Shown piece after piece: positions 36,361-44,972 of a stretch of DNA of 64,000 nt (within the stretch, counting starts at the first letter, position 1; every line of letters starts with the position of its first letter). This DNA is from Candidatus Eiseniibacteriota bacterium (lineage in GTDB: Bacteria > Eisenbacteria > RBG-16-71-46). The stretch is from the NCBI GenBank assembly GCA_038231135.1, contig JBBRLX010000018.1:15477-79476 (forward strand), written 5' to 3'. The notes below the pieces were generated by a model. It searched no databases and had not been told where the DNA came from. It saw nothing but the letters and a program-made list of their open reading frames with translations. The translations under genes and the position numbers were made by a program.

Positions 36361-37266
36361 TCAGTGCACCGTGCCGTCGGGATCGGCCCACGCTACCGGC
36401 CCCTCGTCGCCATCGTCCTTCGGCGGCGGCTTCTTCTGCCCGCAATTGCAGTCCCCGCACTTGTGGTACGGACCGGGCGGCAGGTCGGCATAGGCGATGC
36501 GATGCTCGGCACCTTCGTTGTCGCGCACCCACACCACCTCCTGATACGTCTCGGTGCGAGTCACGTGGACGACGCCCTTGCCGGTGCGGATCTCGGTGCC
36601 CACCGGCGGCAGCTTCTCCGCGCTGCCGCGGTACTGCACCAACTCGTACGCCAGGCAGCACATCAGCCGACCGCACGCGCCCGAGATCTTGCCCGGGTTG
36701 AGCGACAGCTGCTGCTCGCGCGCCATCTTGAGCGTGACCGGATGGAAGTCCTTGAGCCAGGTCGAGCAGCAGAACGCCCGCCCGCACGGGCCGCAGCCGT
36801 CGAGCCGCTTGGCCTGGTCGCGAATGCCGATCTGGCGCAGCTCGATCCGGCACCGGTACCGGCCCGCCAGATCCTTCACCAGTTCGCGGAAATCGACGCG
36901 ATGCTCGGCCGAGAAAAAGAAAATGATCCGCTGGCCGCCAAACCCCACCTCGACCTCGGACAGGTCCATCTTCAGCTCGCGGAACTCGATCCGGTCGCGG
37001 CAGAATTCGAACGCGTCCTGCTCGCGGAGCCGGTTGTGATCGTCCTGATCGAGATCCTCTTCCGTCGCCTTGCGGATGATCTCGCGCGTCACGTGGCCCG
37101 GGCGCTTGAGCTCGACGAGCGAGCCCTTGAGATGGACCTTGCCGAGCGACTCGCCATGCTCACCCTGGACGATCACCGGGTCCCGCAACGTCAGCCACAG
37201 ATTTCGGGAATTGAGAAAGAACTCCCTGCGCGAACCGCGCAGAGCGACCTGCACGATGTCGGACAT
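36361..37266 (-). CDS. ricT: PSP1/YaaT (RicT) Fe-S family protein
   Basis: RVDFRELVKDL, RIELRQIG, CGRAFCC, KISGACGRLMCCL. Confidence 0.93.
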   Translation of the reverse strand: MSDIVQVALRGSRREFFLNSRNLWLTLRDPVIVQGEHGESLGKVHLKGSLVELKRPGHVTREIIRKATEEDLDQDDHNRLREQDAFEFCRDRIEFRELKMDLSEVEVGFGGQRIIFFFSAEHRVDFRELVKDLAGRYRCRIELRQIGIRDQAKRLDGCGPCGRAFCCSTWLKDFHPVTLKMAREQQLSLNPGKISGACGRLMCCLAYELVQYRGSAEKLPPVGTEIRTGKGVVHVTRTETYQEVVWVRDNEGAEHRIAYADLPPGPYHKCGDCNCGQKKPPPKDDGDEGPVAWADPDGTVH

Positions 37267-37644
37267 CGCTGCCTCTATCGGGCGGAAGCCCGCCCCGTGA
37301 GCCGGCTAAGGAGCCGGAGGATTCGATAGGTCATGAATCCGGAGGCTCACGTCGTCGCGTTCCGTCCAGGCACGCCGCCGAGGCTCACCGCCGGCTATGG
37401 GCATCCCGCTCGAGAGCGGGCAGTCCGGGCAGCATAGCGCAGGAGCGGTTGGGGGAAGAATCGGGGTGGAATCGGGTGCTGCGCCCGGGTGGTCACTTCC
37501 GCTCGCTTGGGGACCTACGCAACAAGTCTTGTGCTTTCGGTCACCGTCCGGCACCTCCGCCGGCGTTACGCGTGGAATTGGAGGTGGCACCCCGCTAGAA
37601 TCAGCTAGCGGTTCACATCCTCGCACCACGCCCCGGAGGTAACG

Positions 37645-38556
37645 ATGAGACGCGCGCTCGTAATTCTGGCTTTGGTGATCGGCACCGCGCGGGCCGCTCA
37701 TTCGCAGAGTTACACGCTCACCACGTCCTGGCCGGTCGATGGCAACCTGCTCGTCTCCGACGGTGCTTCGCTCTACGTCCTCAATTCGACGAGTGGGCTC
37801 GTAACGCACTTCGACCTGTCGGGAGCGACTACGGGCTCGTTCTCAGTCGCTCCGGATCCAGACCACGCCCGGTCCACGAACCTCGCTGGCTTCGATCCCA
37901 CCGGAAACGTCTACGTCGCCCACTTCGATAACGTGAGCGGCAGCTTGGACCTGTATGCACCCAACGGAGCGAGCGTGGCTCCTCGACGGGCGCTGGCATG
38001 GCCGGTGGAGGCGGTGGACCACGAAGGCCTCATGTACGCCATTGGCAGGGACGACTACGGCGACCGTCAACTCATCACGATCTCGGCCGCCGGAGACGAG
38101 ATCGGTGCCAGCACCATTGGACACCCGTATGCATTCATCTTGGGCGTGTCCTGGGACGATCGCCTGTGCCTGTCCAATGAAGAGAGCGCCGGGTGCCCAA
38201 GGTATCAAGTGTGGGTCGCGAACGGACCAGGCGTCACCGGGCGAGACTGCGGGCAAGGCGAGCCCACCGATTACATCCCAATGTTCGGAACTTCCGATGG
38301 CCAGGGCGGCAGCTTCGTTCTCGCCAGAAGAGGCCTCGGAAACTACAGCTACGCCTATTCGGTCGATCGCTACGGCAGTGGCGTCAACGCTCGGCTTGCG
38401 CGCTTCGACTTGCCTCAGGGCGGGGAGATGATCGCTTCCGACTCGCAGGGTGCGGTCTACGTGCTGGTCCAGGGCGCGGTACAGAAGTGGGTGCCCAGCG
38501 CTGTGACGCCGACTGTCAGATCGACATGGGGAAGCCTCAAGGCGCGATGGCGGTGA
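37645..38556 (+). CDS. Secreted NHL/beta-propeller-like protein with C-terminal TWGSLKARWR motif
   Basis: GGAGGT RBS, signal peptide, DPTGNVYV and DSQGAVYV repeats, tail TPTVRSTWGSLKARWR. Confidence 0.8.
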   Translation: MRRALVILALVIGTARAAHSQSYTLTTSWPVDGNLLVSDGASLYVLNSTSGLVTHFDLSGATTGSFSVAPDPDHARSTNLAGFDPTGNVYVAHFDNVSGSLDLYAPNGASVAPRRALAWPVEAVDHEGLMYAIGRDDYGDRQLITISAAGDEIGASTIGHPYAFILGVSWDDRLCLSNEESAGCPRYQVWVANGPGVTGRDCGQGEPTDYIPMFGTSDGQGGSFVLARRGLGNYSYAYSVDRYGSGVNARLARFDLPQGGEMIASDSQGAVYVLVQGAVQKWVPSAVTPTVRSTWGSLKARWR

Positions 38557-38590
38557 TGTAAGCCCGGCACAGCTTCGTCGAACGAACGCC

Positions 38591-39049
38591 TCACGCCGCC
38601 CGGTGCAATCTCCCCGACTCGTCCGTCGTGAACAGCACGTACGTTACGGTGCCATCGCCGGGGTCGGTGAACGCCTCGATGAACTCCTCGGCGAGGTTCC
38701 GGCTGTGCTCGCCGGCCATGCCGTCGGACTCGCCGGGAGCCCGCTCGAAGTGCCATTGCTGCAGCACGTATTCCGCCTGACCGCAGATGGTCCGCACCAC
38801 GTGCACGGCCTCGACCGGGGTGCCCTGGGAATGCAGGGCGTCCACGGCGGCGATCGCCGCAGACCGATCCCAGCCGGGTGCGGTCAGTTCGAGATCGTCC
38901 GCGCGCCCGGGACGCGGCAACGACGAGCCCACGAGCAGCGGCGGCTGCGCCGTCTCGGGCTCGTGGATGGCGTCGAACCGAATGATCTGGAACGAGTCGT
39001 CGTCGTTCGGGGCCGGTTTTGAGACCGGTTTTCTGCGGGGGTCGGACAG
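38591..39049 (-). CDS. Hypothetical protein, probably CTG-initiated
   Basis: Frame is open from the holB stop; GGGAGG lies 5 nt before CTG 39049; first canonical start is GTG 38932. Confidence 0.6.
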   Translation of the reverse strand: MSDPRRKPVSKPAPNDDDSFQIIRFDAIHEPETAQPPLLVGSSLPRPGRADDLELTAPGWDRSAAIAAVDALHSQGTPVEAVHVVRTICGQAEYVLQQWHFERAPGESDGMAGEHSRNLAEEFIEAFTDPGDGTVTYVLFTTDESGRLHRAA

Positions 39050-39145
39050 CTGGGCCTCCCTGTTCGCGCAGTGGCCCGAGGGGGCTGAAGACGCGCGAAC
39101 GTTCTTGGAGTCATCGGCCGATCGGGGGCCCGAATCGAGCCTTTG

Positions 39146-40369
39146 TCAGTACCGCCAGCGCCCGGCCGCATAGGCGGGCCAGGCGGTGGTCTCGAACCCG
39201 GGGTCGGCCACCCGCATCAGCGCCGAGAACAGTGCCAGGTCGGGGGTTACGTTGCCCTCGATCGCCCGCAGCGCCTCCTCGAGCGCCATCAGCCTCCGCC
39301 GCACCTCGGTGGCGCCGATGCGCTCGGCCTGACGCCGGATCTCGGGCTCGCGGTCGCGGTTCAGCAGGTCCTCGCGCGGGGCGCCATAGCGCGCCCGCAG
39401 CAGGTCGCGCAGCCACAGCTCCTGGAACTCGATCAGCCGCCGCAGCGACTCGCGCCCCGCGCGGCCGAACTTGTTGAAGCCCTGAACGGCCAGCCACAGG
39501 GCGGGGCCGTCGCCACGCAGCGCGGGCTCGAGCAACTTGAGCGCCTGATTGCGCGCTGCGATCGGCTGGCCCTCGCGCAGCACCAGCGCCCGCGACAGCG
39601 AGCCGCACGACAGCGCGGCCAGCATCCGCGACTCGGCGGGGTCGCAGCCGACGCGCGACACCATGAACTCCGCGACCAGCGACTCGGGGTACGGCGCGAA
39701 CCGCACCTTCTGGGTGCGTGACCGGATCGTCGCCGGCAGCCGCGAGAGCCGCGAGGTGGTGAGCAACCACACGGTGTCGCCGGGCTCCTCGATGGCCTTG
39801 AGCATCGCCGAATACTGATCCAGGCGCATGCGGTCGGCATCGCGCACCACCACCACCCGGCGCGCGGCCTCGTACGGCTTGTACGCGAGGTCGCGCAGCA
39901 GGTCGCGCGTAAGCGACATGCGGATCGACGCGGCCTTGTCGTAGGTGAACACGAACAGCGGATCCTCGCGCCACGCTTCGAGCGTATCGATGATCGTCTC
40001 GTCGAGTTCCTTCTCCTCGCCCGACACCGGGAACAGGAACTTGAGATCGGGATGCTGGAGAGCTGCGGTTTTGCGGCAGGCGGCGCACTCGCCGCAGGCA
40101 TCGTTGAGCTTTGCGCCGGCGCCGCCCGCGCCCGCGGGGCCTGAGTCCGTCGCGTCTAACCGCCCCGGCGTCGCCGCGATGCCGGCGGTCCCGTTGATGC
40201 GCTCGCACAGCAGCGCGCGCGCGAACGCCAGCGCCGCGGTGCCCTTGCCGACGCCGGCCGGGCCATGGAACAGATAGGCGTTCGCGTAGCGGCCACTCGC
40301 CACGGTGTGGCGGAGGAAGCGCTGGGCATCGGGTTGTCCGAGCAGCTCGGACAGCAGGATCACGGGCAC
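39146..40369 (-). CDS. holB: DNA polymerase III subunit delta'
   Basis: AYLFHGPAGVGKG, CGECAAC, HPDL, LKAIEEP, LPATIRSR. Confidence 0.93.
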   Translation of the reverse strand: MPVILLSELLGQPDAQRFLRHTVASGRYANAYLFHGPAGVGKGTAALAFARALLCERINGTAGIAATPGRLDATDSGPAGAGGAGAKLNDACGECAACRKTAALQHPDLKFLFPVSGEEKELDETIIDTLEAWREDPLFVFTYDKAASIRMSLTRDLLRDLAYKPYEAARRVVVVRDADRMRLDQYSAMLKAIEEPGDTVWLLTTSRLSRLPATIRSRTQKVRFAPYPESLVAEFMVSRVGCDPAESRMLAALSCGSLSRALVLREGQPIAARNQALKLLEPALRGDGPALWLAVQGFNKFGRAGRESLRRLIEFQELWLRDLLRARYGAPREDLLNRDREPEIRRQAERIGATEVRRRLMALEEALRAIEGNVTPDLALFSALMRVADPGFETTAWPAYAAGRWRY

Positions 40370-40427
40370 TTGGGAGGCCTTTCCGGGCGGTTGCGGGAGT
40401 CGGTCCCTGAGAGCAGCATCCTACAGA

Positions 40428-41657
40428 CTATTGCAGCCAGCCCTCGGGATCGAGCGAGGTGCCGCCCTTGCGGACCTCGAAGTGCAGGACCGGACCCCTG
40501 AGAGAGCCCGAGTCGCCGGATTGCGCGATCACCTGGCCGGACTGCACCTCCTGCCCGACCGACACCGCGATCGACGACAGGTGGCCGTAGAGCGTGTAGT
40601 ACCCGTCGCCGTGGTTCAGGATCACCATCTGCCCGTAGGTGCCGAAGTCCTCGCTCACGTAGTCCACGCGGCCCTTGGCGACCGCGCGCACCGAGGTGCC
40701 GATCGCCACATCGATGTCGATGCCGTTGTTCATGGTCATCGTGCCCCACTTGGGGTGCTTCTCCGGGCCGAACCGGCCCACCAGGGGCCCGCGCACCGGC
40801 CAATCGAGATGCCCCTGGCCCGCCGCGAAGTTGCCGGTGTAAGGCTGCGGATTGCGGCCCTCGGAGCGGGCCTTGGCGCCCTCCTCGCGGCGCTTGCGAT
40901 CGAGATCGGCGAGCAATTTCTGCATCGCGCGCGCGGTCTTCTCGAGCTCGGCGGCGGCGGCCTCGTAGGCCTCGCGCTGGGTCTGGATCGTGTGCACCGA
41001 TTGCGCCTTCTGCTGCCGGAGCCCGTCGAGGCGCCGGTTCTCCACCGTCGTGCGGGTCGCGGTGCGGCGGACGTCGGTGAGATTCTGCTCGAGCCGGTTC
41101 TGGGACGCTTCGACCACGTCCTTCTGTTGCTGGATCGCCTCGAGCAGCACGCGGTCCTGCTCCGCGACCATGACGAGGAAGTCCCACCGCGACAGGAGCT
41201 GCGCGAACGATCGCGTCGACAGCAGGAACTCGAGCTCGCGGCCGACGCCGTATTTGTAGAGGCTACGCAGCCGGTGGGCGAACCGGGCGCGCTGCTGGTC
41301 CAGGGACTCGAGATTGCGATCGAGATTCGCGCGCGTCACTTCGAGCTGGCGATCCAGGTTGCCGCGCCGGCTCTGAAGCGACTGGAGGCGCTTGCGTGTG
41401 GAGTTCAGCTCGCGCTCGGTACGGTGGAGCTGGACCAGCGCCTTCTGCTCCTGGCCGCGCAGCTGTTTCGCGGCCTCGCGATGCGCGCGGGCCTGCTGCT
41501 GGATGCGCTCGAGCTCGGCGCGCTTGGAGGCCTCGAGGCTGTCCTGGGCGGCCGCCGGATGCATCGCGACCGCGGCGAGCAGCGCAACGGCGAAGCACGA
41601 TTGGACGAAGCGGCGGAACCGGCCGCGGGCGCGCGGCGCCATGACCCAGGTGGTCAT
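40428..41657 (-). CDS. envC: Murein hydrolase activator EnvC-like (coiled coil + M23)
   Basis: Long coiled coil; WPVRG, NNGIDI, YYTLYGHL, LHFEVR; downstream of ftsEX. Confidence 0.9.
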   Translation of the reverse strand: MTTWVMAPRARGRFRRFVQSCFAVALLAAVAMHPAAAQDSLEASKRAELERIQQQARAHREAAKQLRGQEQKALVQLHRTERELNSTRKRLQSLQSRRGNLDRQLEVTRANLDRNLESLDQQRARFAHRLRSLYKYGVGRELEFLLSTRSFAQLLSRWDFLVMVAEQDRVLLEAIQQQKDVVEASQNRLEQNLTDVRRTATRTTVENRRLDGLRQQKAQSVHTIQTQREAYEAAAAELEKTARAMQKLLADLDRKRREEGAKARSEGRNPQPYTGNFAAGQGHLDWPVRGPLVGRFGPEKHPKWGTMTMNNGIDIDVAIGTSVRAVAKGRVDYVSEDFGTYGQMVILNHGDGYYTLYGHLSSIAVSVGQEVQSGQVIAQSGDSGSLRGPVLHFEVRKGGTSLDPEGWLQ

Positions 41658-42514
41658 GCGCCGACCGAGCGCAGCACCCTCGACAGCGCGAGCATGGCCG
41701 CGAGCCACCCCAGGAGGACGACCGCACCCAGGAACACGGCGGCCCAGGTCCACGGCAGGAACTGCACGTTGCCGATCTGCGCCGCCAGCGCCTGCTGGCA
41801 GCCGAATGCCAGCGCCAGTGCGAGCACGCCCGAGACCAGCGCCTCGAGCATCGCCTCGATCACGAACGGCGTGGCGATGAACCGGTCCGTGGCGCCGAGG
41901 CGGCTCATGATCTCGACCTGCGGCCGCCGCGCGAGCACGGTGAGCCGGATGGTGTTGTAGAGCACGAACACCACGGCCAGCGCGACCAGCGCGCCCACCG
42001 CGATCGCGCCCCGCACCATGCCGTCCTTGAGCTGGTCGAGTCGCCGCACCCAGTCGCCGCCGTAGCGCACGTCCTCGACCTCGGGGAACTTCGACACCTG
42101 CTGCGCCGCGCGCTCCATCGCCTCGTAGTTGAGCAGCTCGGGCTTGAGCTTGAGGCGCAGCGACGCGGGCAGCGGGTTGCCGCCCACGGCATCGAGCAGC
42201 GCCGGGTCGCCGATCTGTTCCGAGAACTCCTTCCACGCGTCGTCCTTGCTCACGTACGTCGCCACGCCGTAGAGCTGCGACAGCCGGCCGACCAGCGCGT
42301 CGCGCTGCGCGGGGGTGACGTCGTCGTTCAGATACACCACCATCTCCCGCCGGTCGCCGACGAGTTGCAGCGCGACGCGCGCGTTGTCCGCCAGCATCAC
42401 GAACACCGCGCACAGCGCGAGCGCCGCGGTGAGCGAAAAGATCGCGGTGCTCCCGAGCCCGCGATGGTGCTTGAACGATCGCCACGCCTCGCGGAAGTAG
42501 AACACGTGCATCAC
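41654..42514 (-). CDS. ftsX: Cell division permease FtsX
   Basis: YVSKDDA, NPLPASL, NTIRLTV.AR...EIMSRLGAT..FI..PF..E. Confidence 0.93.
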   Translation of the reverse strand: MMHVFYFREAWRSFKHHRGLGSTAIFSLTAALALCAVFVMLADNARVALQLVGDRREMVVYLNDDVTPAQRDALVGRLSQLYGVATYVSKDDAWKEFSEQIGDPALLDAVGGNPLPASLRLKLKPELLNYEAMERAAQQVSKFPEVEDVRYGGDWVRRLDQLKDGMVRGAIAVGALVALAVVFVLYNTIRLTVLARRPQVEIMSRLGATDRFIATPFVIEAMLEALVSGVLALALAFGCQQALAAQIGNVQFLPWTWAAVFLGAVVLLGWLAAMLALSRVLRSVGA

Positions 42515-43215
42515 ACGCCTCCCGCCCGGGTTGCGCGGCCCGGACGCGGCATGCCGGTGTCGCCGTTCACGAGCCTGCCGTCCTCGAGCGTGAGCACGCG
42601 GCCGCCGAGCGCCTGCGCCGCCGCGGGGTTCGTGGTGACGAGCAGCAGTGCGGCGCCTTCCGCGTGGATCGCCCGCAGCAGCGCCATCACCTCATCGGCG
42701 CTGCGCTTCTCGAGCGCCCCGGTGGGCTCGTCGGCGATCAGCACCGCTGGGCGGTTCACGATCGCCCGCGCGATCGCCACGCGCTGCTTCTCGCCACCCG
42801 ACAGCTCGGACGGGTAGGCCGTGTGCTTGCCGGCGAGCCCGACCTCTTCGAGCGCGTGCGTCACGCGCGGCACCACGTCCTCGTTCGAGAACAGCCCCAT
42901 GATGTGGACCGCGAGCGCCACGTTCTCGAACACCGTGCGGTCGCTCAGCAGCCGGAAGTCCTCGTACACGACGCCGATGGTCCGCCGCAGCAGGGCGCGC
43001 TGGGAGCGCGAGATCCGGCCGCTGCGGAACGTGCCCACCACGACGCTGCCCGAGGTTGGACGCGACTCGTGGGTGATGAGCCGGAGCAGCGAGGTCTTGC
43101 CGGCGCCGCTGTGGCCGAGGAACACGACGCATTCCCCTTCGTCCATGTGCCACGACACGGAGTCGAGCGCCAGGCGCTCTCCGTAGCGCTTGGTGACCTG
43201 CTCGAACGTGATCAT
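42511..43215 (-). CDS. ftsE: Cell division ATP-binding protein FtsE
   Basis: GHSGAGKTS, DFRLL.DRTVFENVA, LSGGEKQRVAIARA, ADEPTG; adjacent to ftsX. Confidence 0.92.
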   Translation of the reverse strand: MITFEQVTKRYGERLALDSVSWHMDEGECVVFLGHSGAGKTSLLRLITHESRPTSGSVVVGTFRSGRISRSQRALLRRTIGVVYEDFRLLSDRTVFENVALAVHIMGLFSNEDVVPRVTHALEEVGLAGKHTAYPSELSGGEKQRVAIARAIVNRPAVLIADEPTGALEKRSADEVMALLRAIHAEGAALLLVTTNPAAAQALGGRVLTLEDGRLVNGDTGMPRPGRATRAGGV

Positions 43216-43292
43216 GAGATTCGCACCGTACCAGACGGGCCGGCCGCCCTCAACGGACGGCCGGCCCGGCGGGCACGGCGCCGGCCCTCCGA

Positions 43293-44624
43293 TCAGGACT
43301 TGCGGATCTCGATGTGCGCCCTGTCGCGCAGCGTCTTGATCCAGCCGTCGTAGCGCTCGCGCTGCTGGAGCTCGGCAACCGCGTCCGGCAGCTCTTCCTT
43401 GATCTCCGACATCTCGTACTCGCGCTCGCCCTTGCGGTCCACGATCTTGAAGATGTTGAAGCCGGCCGCGTTCACCAGCACGTCGCTGACGTTGCCGATC
43501 TTCACCGAGTCGAGACCGGCGCGGATCTGCGGCTGCAGCGTCGCAACCGAGATGAATCCGAGATCGCCGTCCTTGGCCGGGCCGTCGTACTTGCTGTAGC
43601 GCTTCACCAGTTCCGCGAAATCGATACCTTTCACGGCCTGGGTGTGCACCCTCTCGGCCAGCTTCTTGGCGCGGTCCGCATCGGCCTCGGTGAGCTGGAC
43701 ACGCACCAGGATGTGGCGCGCGTGGACTTCGACCGGCGGGTTGCCATGGTCGTCGAGGCTGTCCTTGCCCGCGACGCTCTTGACCGTGTCACGCTCGAGC
43801 GCCTGGACGATGTGCCAGCCCGCAGACGAGCGCACGGGCCCGCTGATCTCGTTGTTCTTGAGCCCGAACACCACGGCTTCCAGCGGCGTGTCGAGCAGGC
43901 CGCGGTTCACGAACCCCAGGTCGCCGCCGTTCCTGGCGGTGGCGGGATCGTCGGACGCCTCGGCCGCCACCTTCGCGAACTTCTCGCCGTTCGACAGCCG
44001 CTTGCGGATCGCCAGCGCCTGCACGCGCGCACGCGCATCGGTCACCGAGTCGGCCGACGGCGGAATCTGGATGACGCGCAGCTTGATCTCGGCCGGCACC
44101 TTCGGGAATTTCTCGTGGTTGATCTTGAAATACGCCTCGGCCTCCACCTGAGAGATGGTTTTCTTCGGCAGTGTCTTCGCCATCAGCTTGCGGCCGATGA
44201 TCTGGCGCTGGATCTCGGCGCGGAACTTCTCGCGCAGCTTGTCCTCGGTGGTGTTCTCCTTGATGAGCTGCTGGCGGAAGCCGTCGTCGCCGCCGAAGCG
44301 CTGCTTGATCTCCTTCATCGCGGTCTCGAGCTCCTTCGCCACCTCGGCATCGGTGGCCGTGAGCCCCTGCTTCTTGCCTTCGGCGAAGATGAGCTTCTCG
44401 TCGATCAGCTGGTTCAGGATCTGCGTGCGCAGCGTGTCGACCGTGTCCGAATCCGGCGTCGCCTGGGACCGCGCGAGCACCAGCCCGAGCTGTTCCTCCA
44501 CGTCGCTCTCGAGCACCACGTCGTCGTTCACGACCGCGGCGATGCCATCCAGCCGCTCGGCCCGAGCGGAGACTGCGAATGCGCCCGCGATCAGCACGGG
44601 CACCAGCCATTTCAAGCGCTTCAA
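43293..44624 (-). CDS. surA: SurA-like chaperone / parvulin peptidyl-prolyl isomerase
   Basis: GGGAGG RBS plus TTG, DGIAAVVND, two parvulin domains (GGDLGF, ARHIL, DGDLGF). Confidence 0.85.
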   Translation of the reverse strand: MKRLKWLVPVLIAGAFAVSARAERLDGIAAVVNDDVVLESDVEEQLGLVLARSQATPDSDTVDTLRTQILNQLIDEKLIFAEGKKQGLTATDAEVAKELETAMKEIKQRFGGDDGFRQQLIKENTTEDKLREKFRAEIQRQIIGRKLMAKTLPKKTISQVEAEAYFKINHEKFPKVPAEIKLRVIQIPPSADSVTDARARVQALAIRKRLSNGEKFAKVAAEASDDPATARNGGDLGFVNRGLLDTPLEAVVFGLKNNEISGPVRSSAGWHIVQALERDTVKSVAGKDSLDDHGNPPVEVHARHILVRVQLTEADADRAKKLAERVHTQAVKGIDFAELVKRYSKYDGPAKDGDLGFISVATLQPQIRAGLDSVKIGNVSDVLVNAAGFNIFKIVDRKGEREYEMSEIKEELPDAVAELQQRERYDGWIKTLRDRAHIEIRKS

Positions 44625-44972
44625 CGAAACCTCCCGAAGAGAGTGCGGCGCCCGCTTCCGCTGCGCCTGGTTGCCTCACCATGACGCCGGAGGAACGCCC
44701 TGCAAAACAGCGGGCCAGTATAGCCGCACCGGTGACGGTTGCGGCAACAAGACATGGCCAATTGTGACGGGGGAGTGTGACTCTGAAGATGATACGCCGG
44801 GGCCCCGGGATTCCTTCCATCGTGAGTTTCGACGCGGCCTTGCGACTGCCGGACAGTCGTTGCCGCCCTGAACCCCGCCGTTTGCCGCGCTCGTCCGAGG
44901 ATTGCCGCGGCCGGGTGCCCTGACAGAGGATAATCATCCGATGCGTTCCGGCGGGTCCTGGAGGTATGGGCG

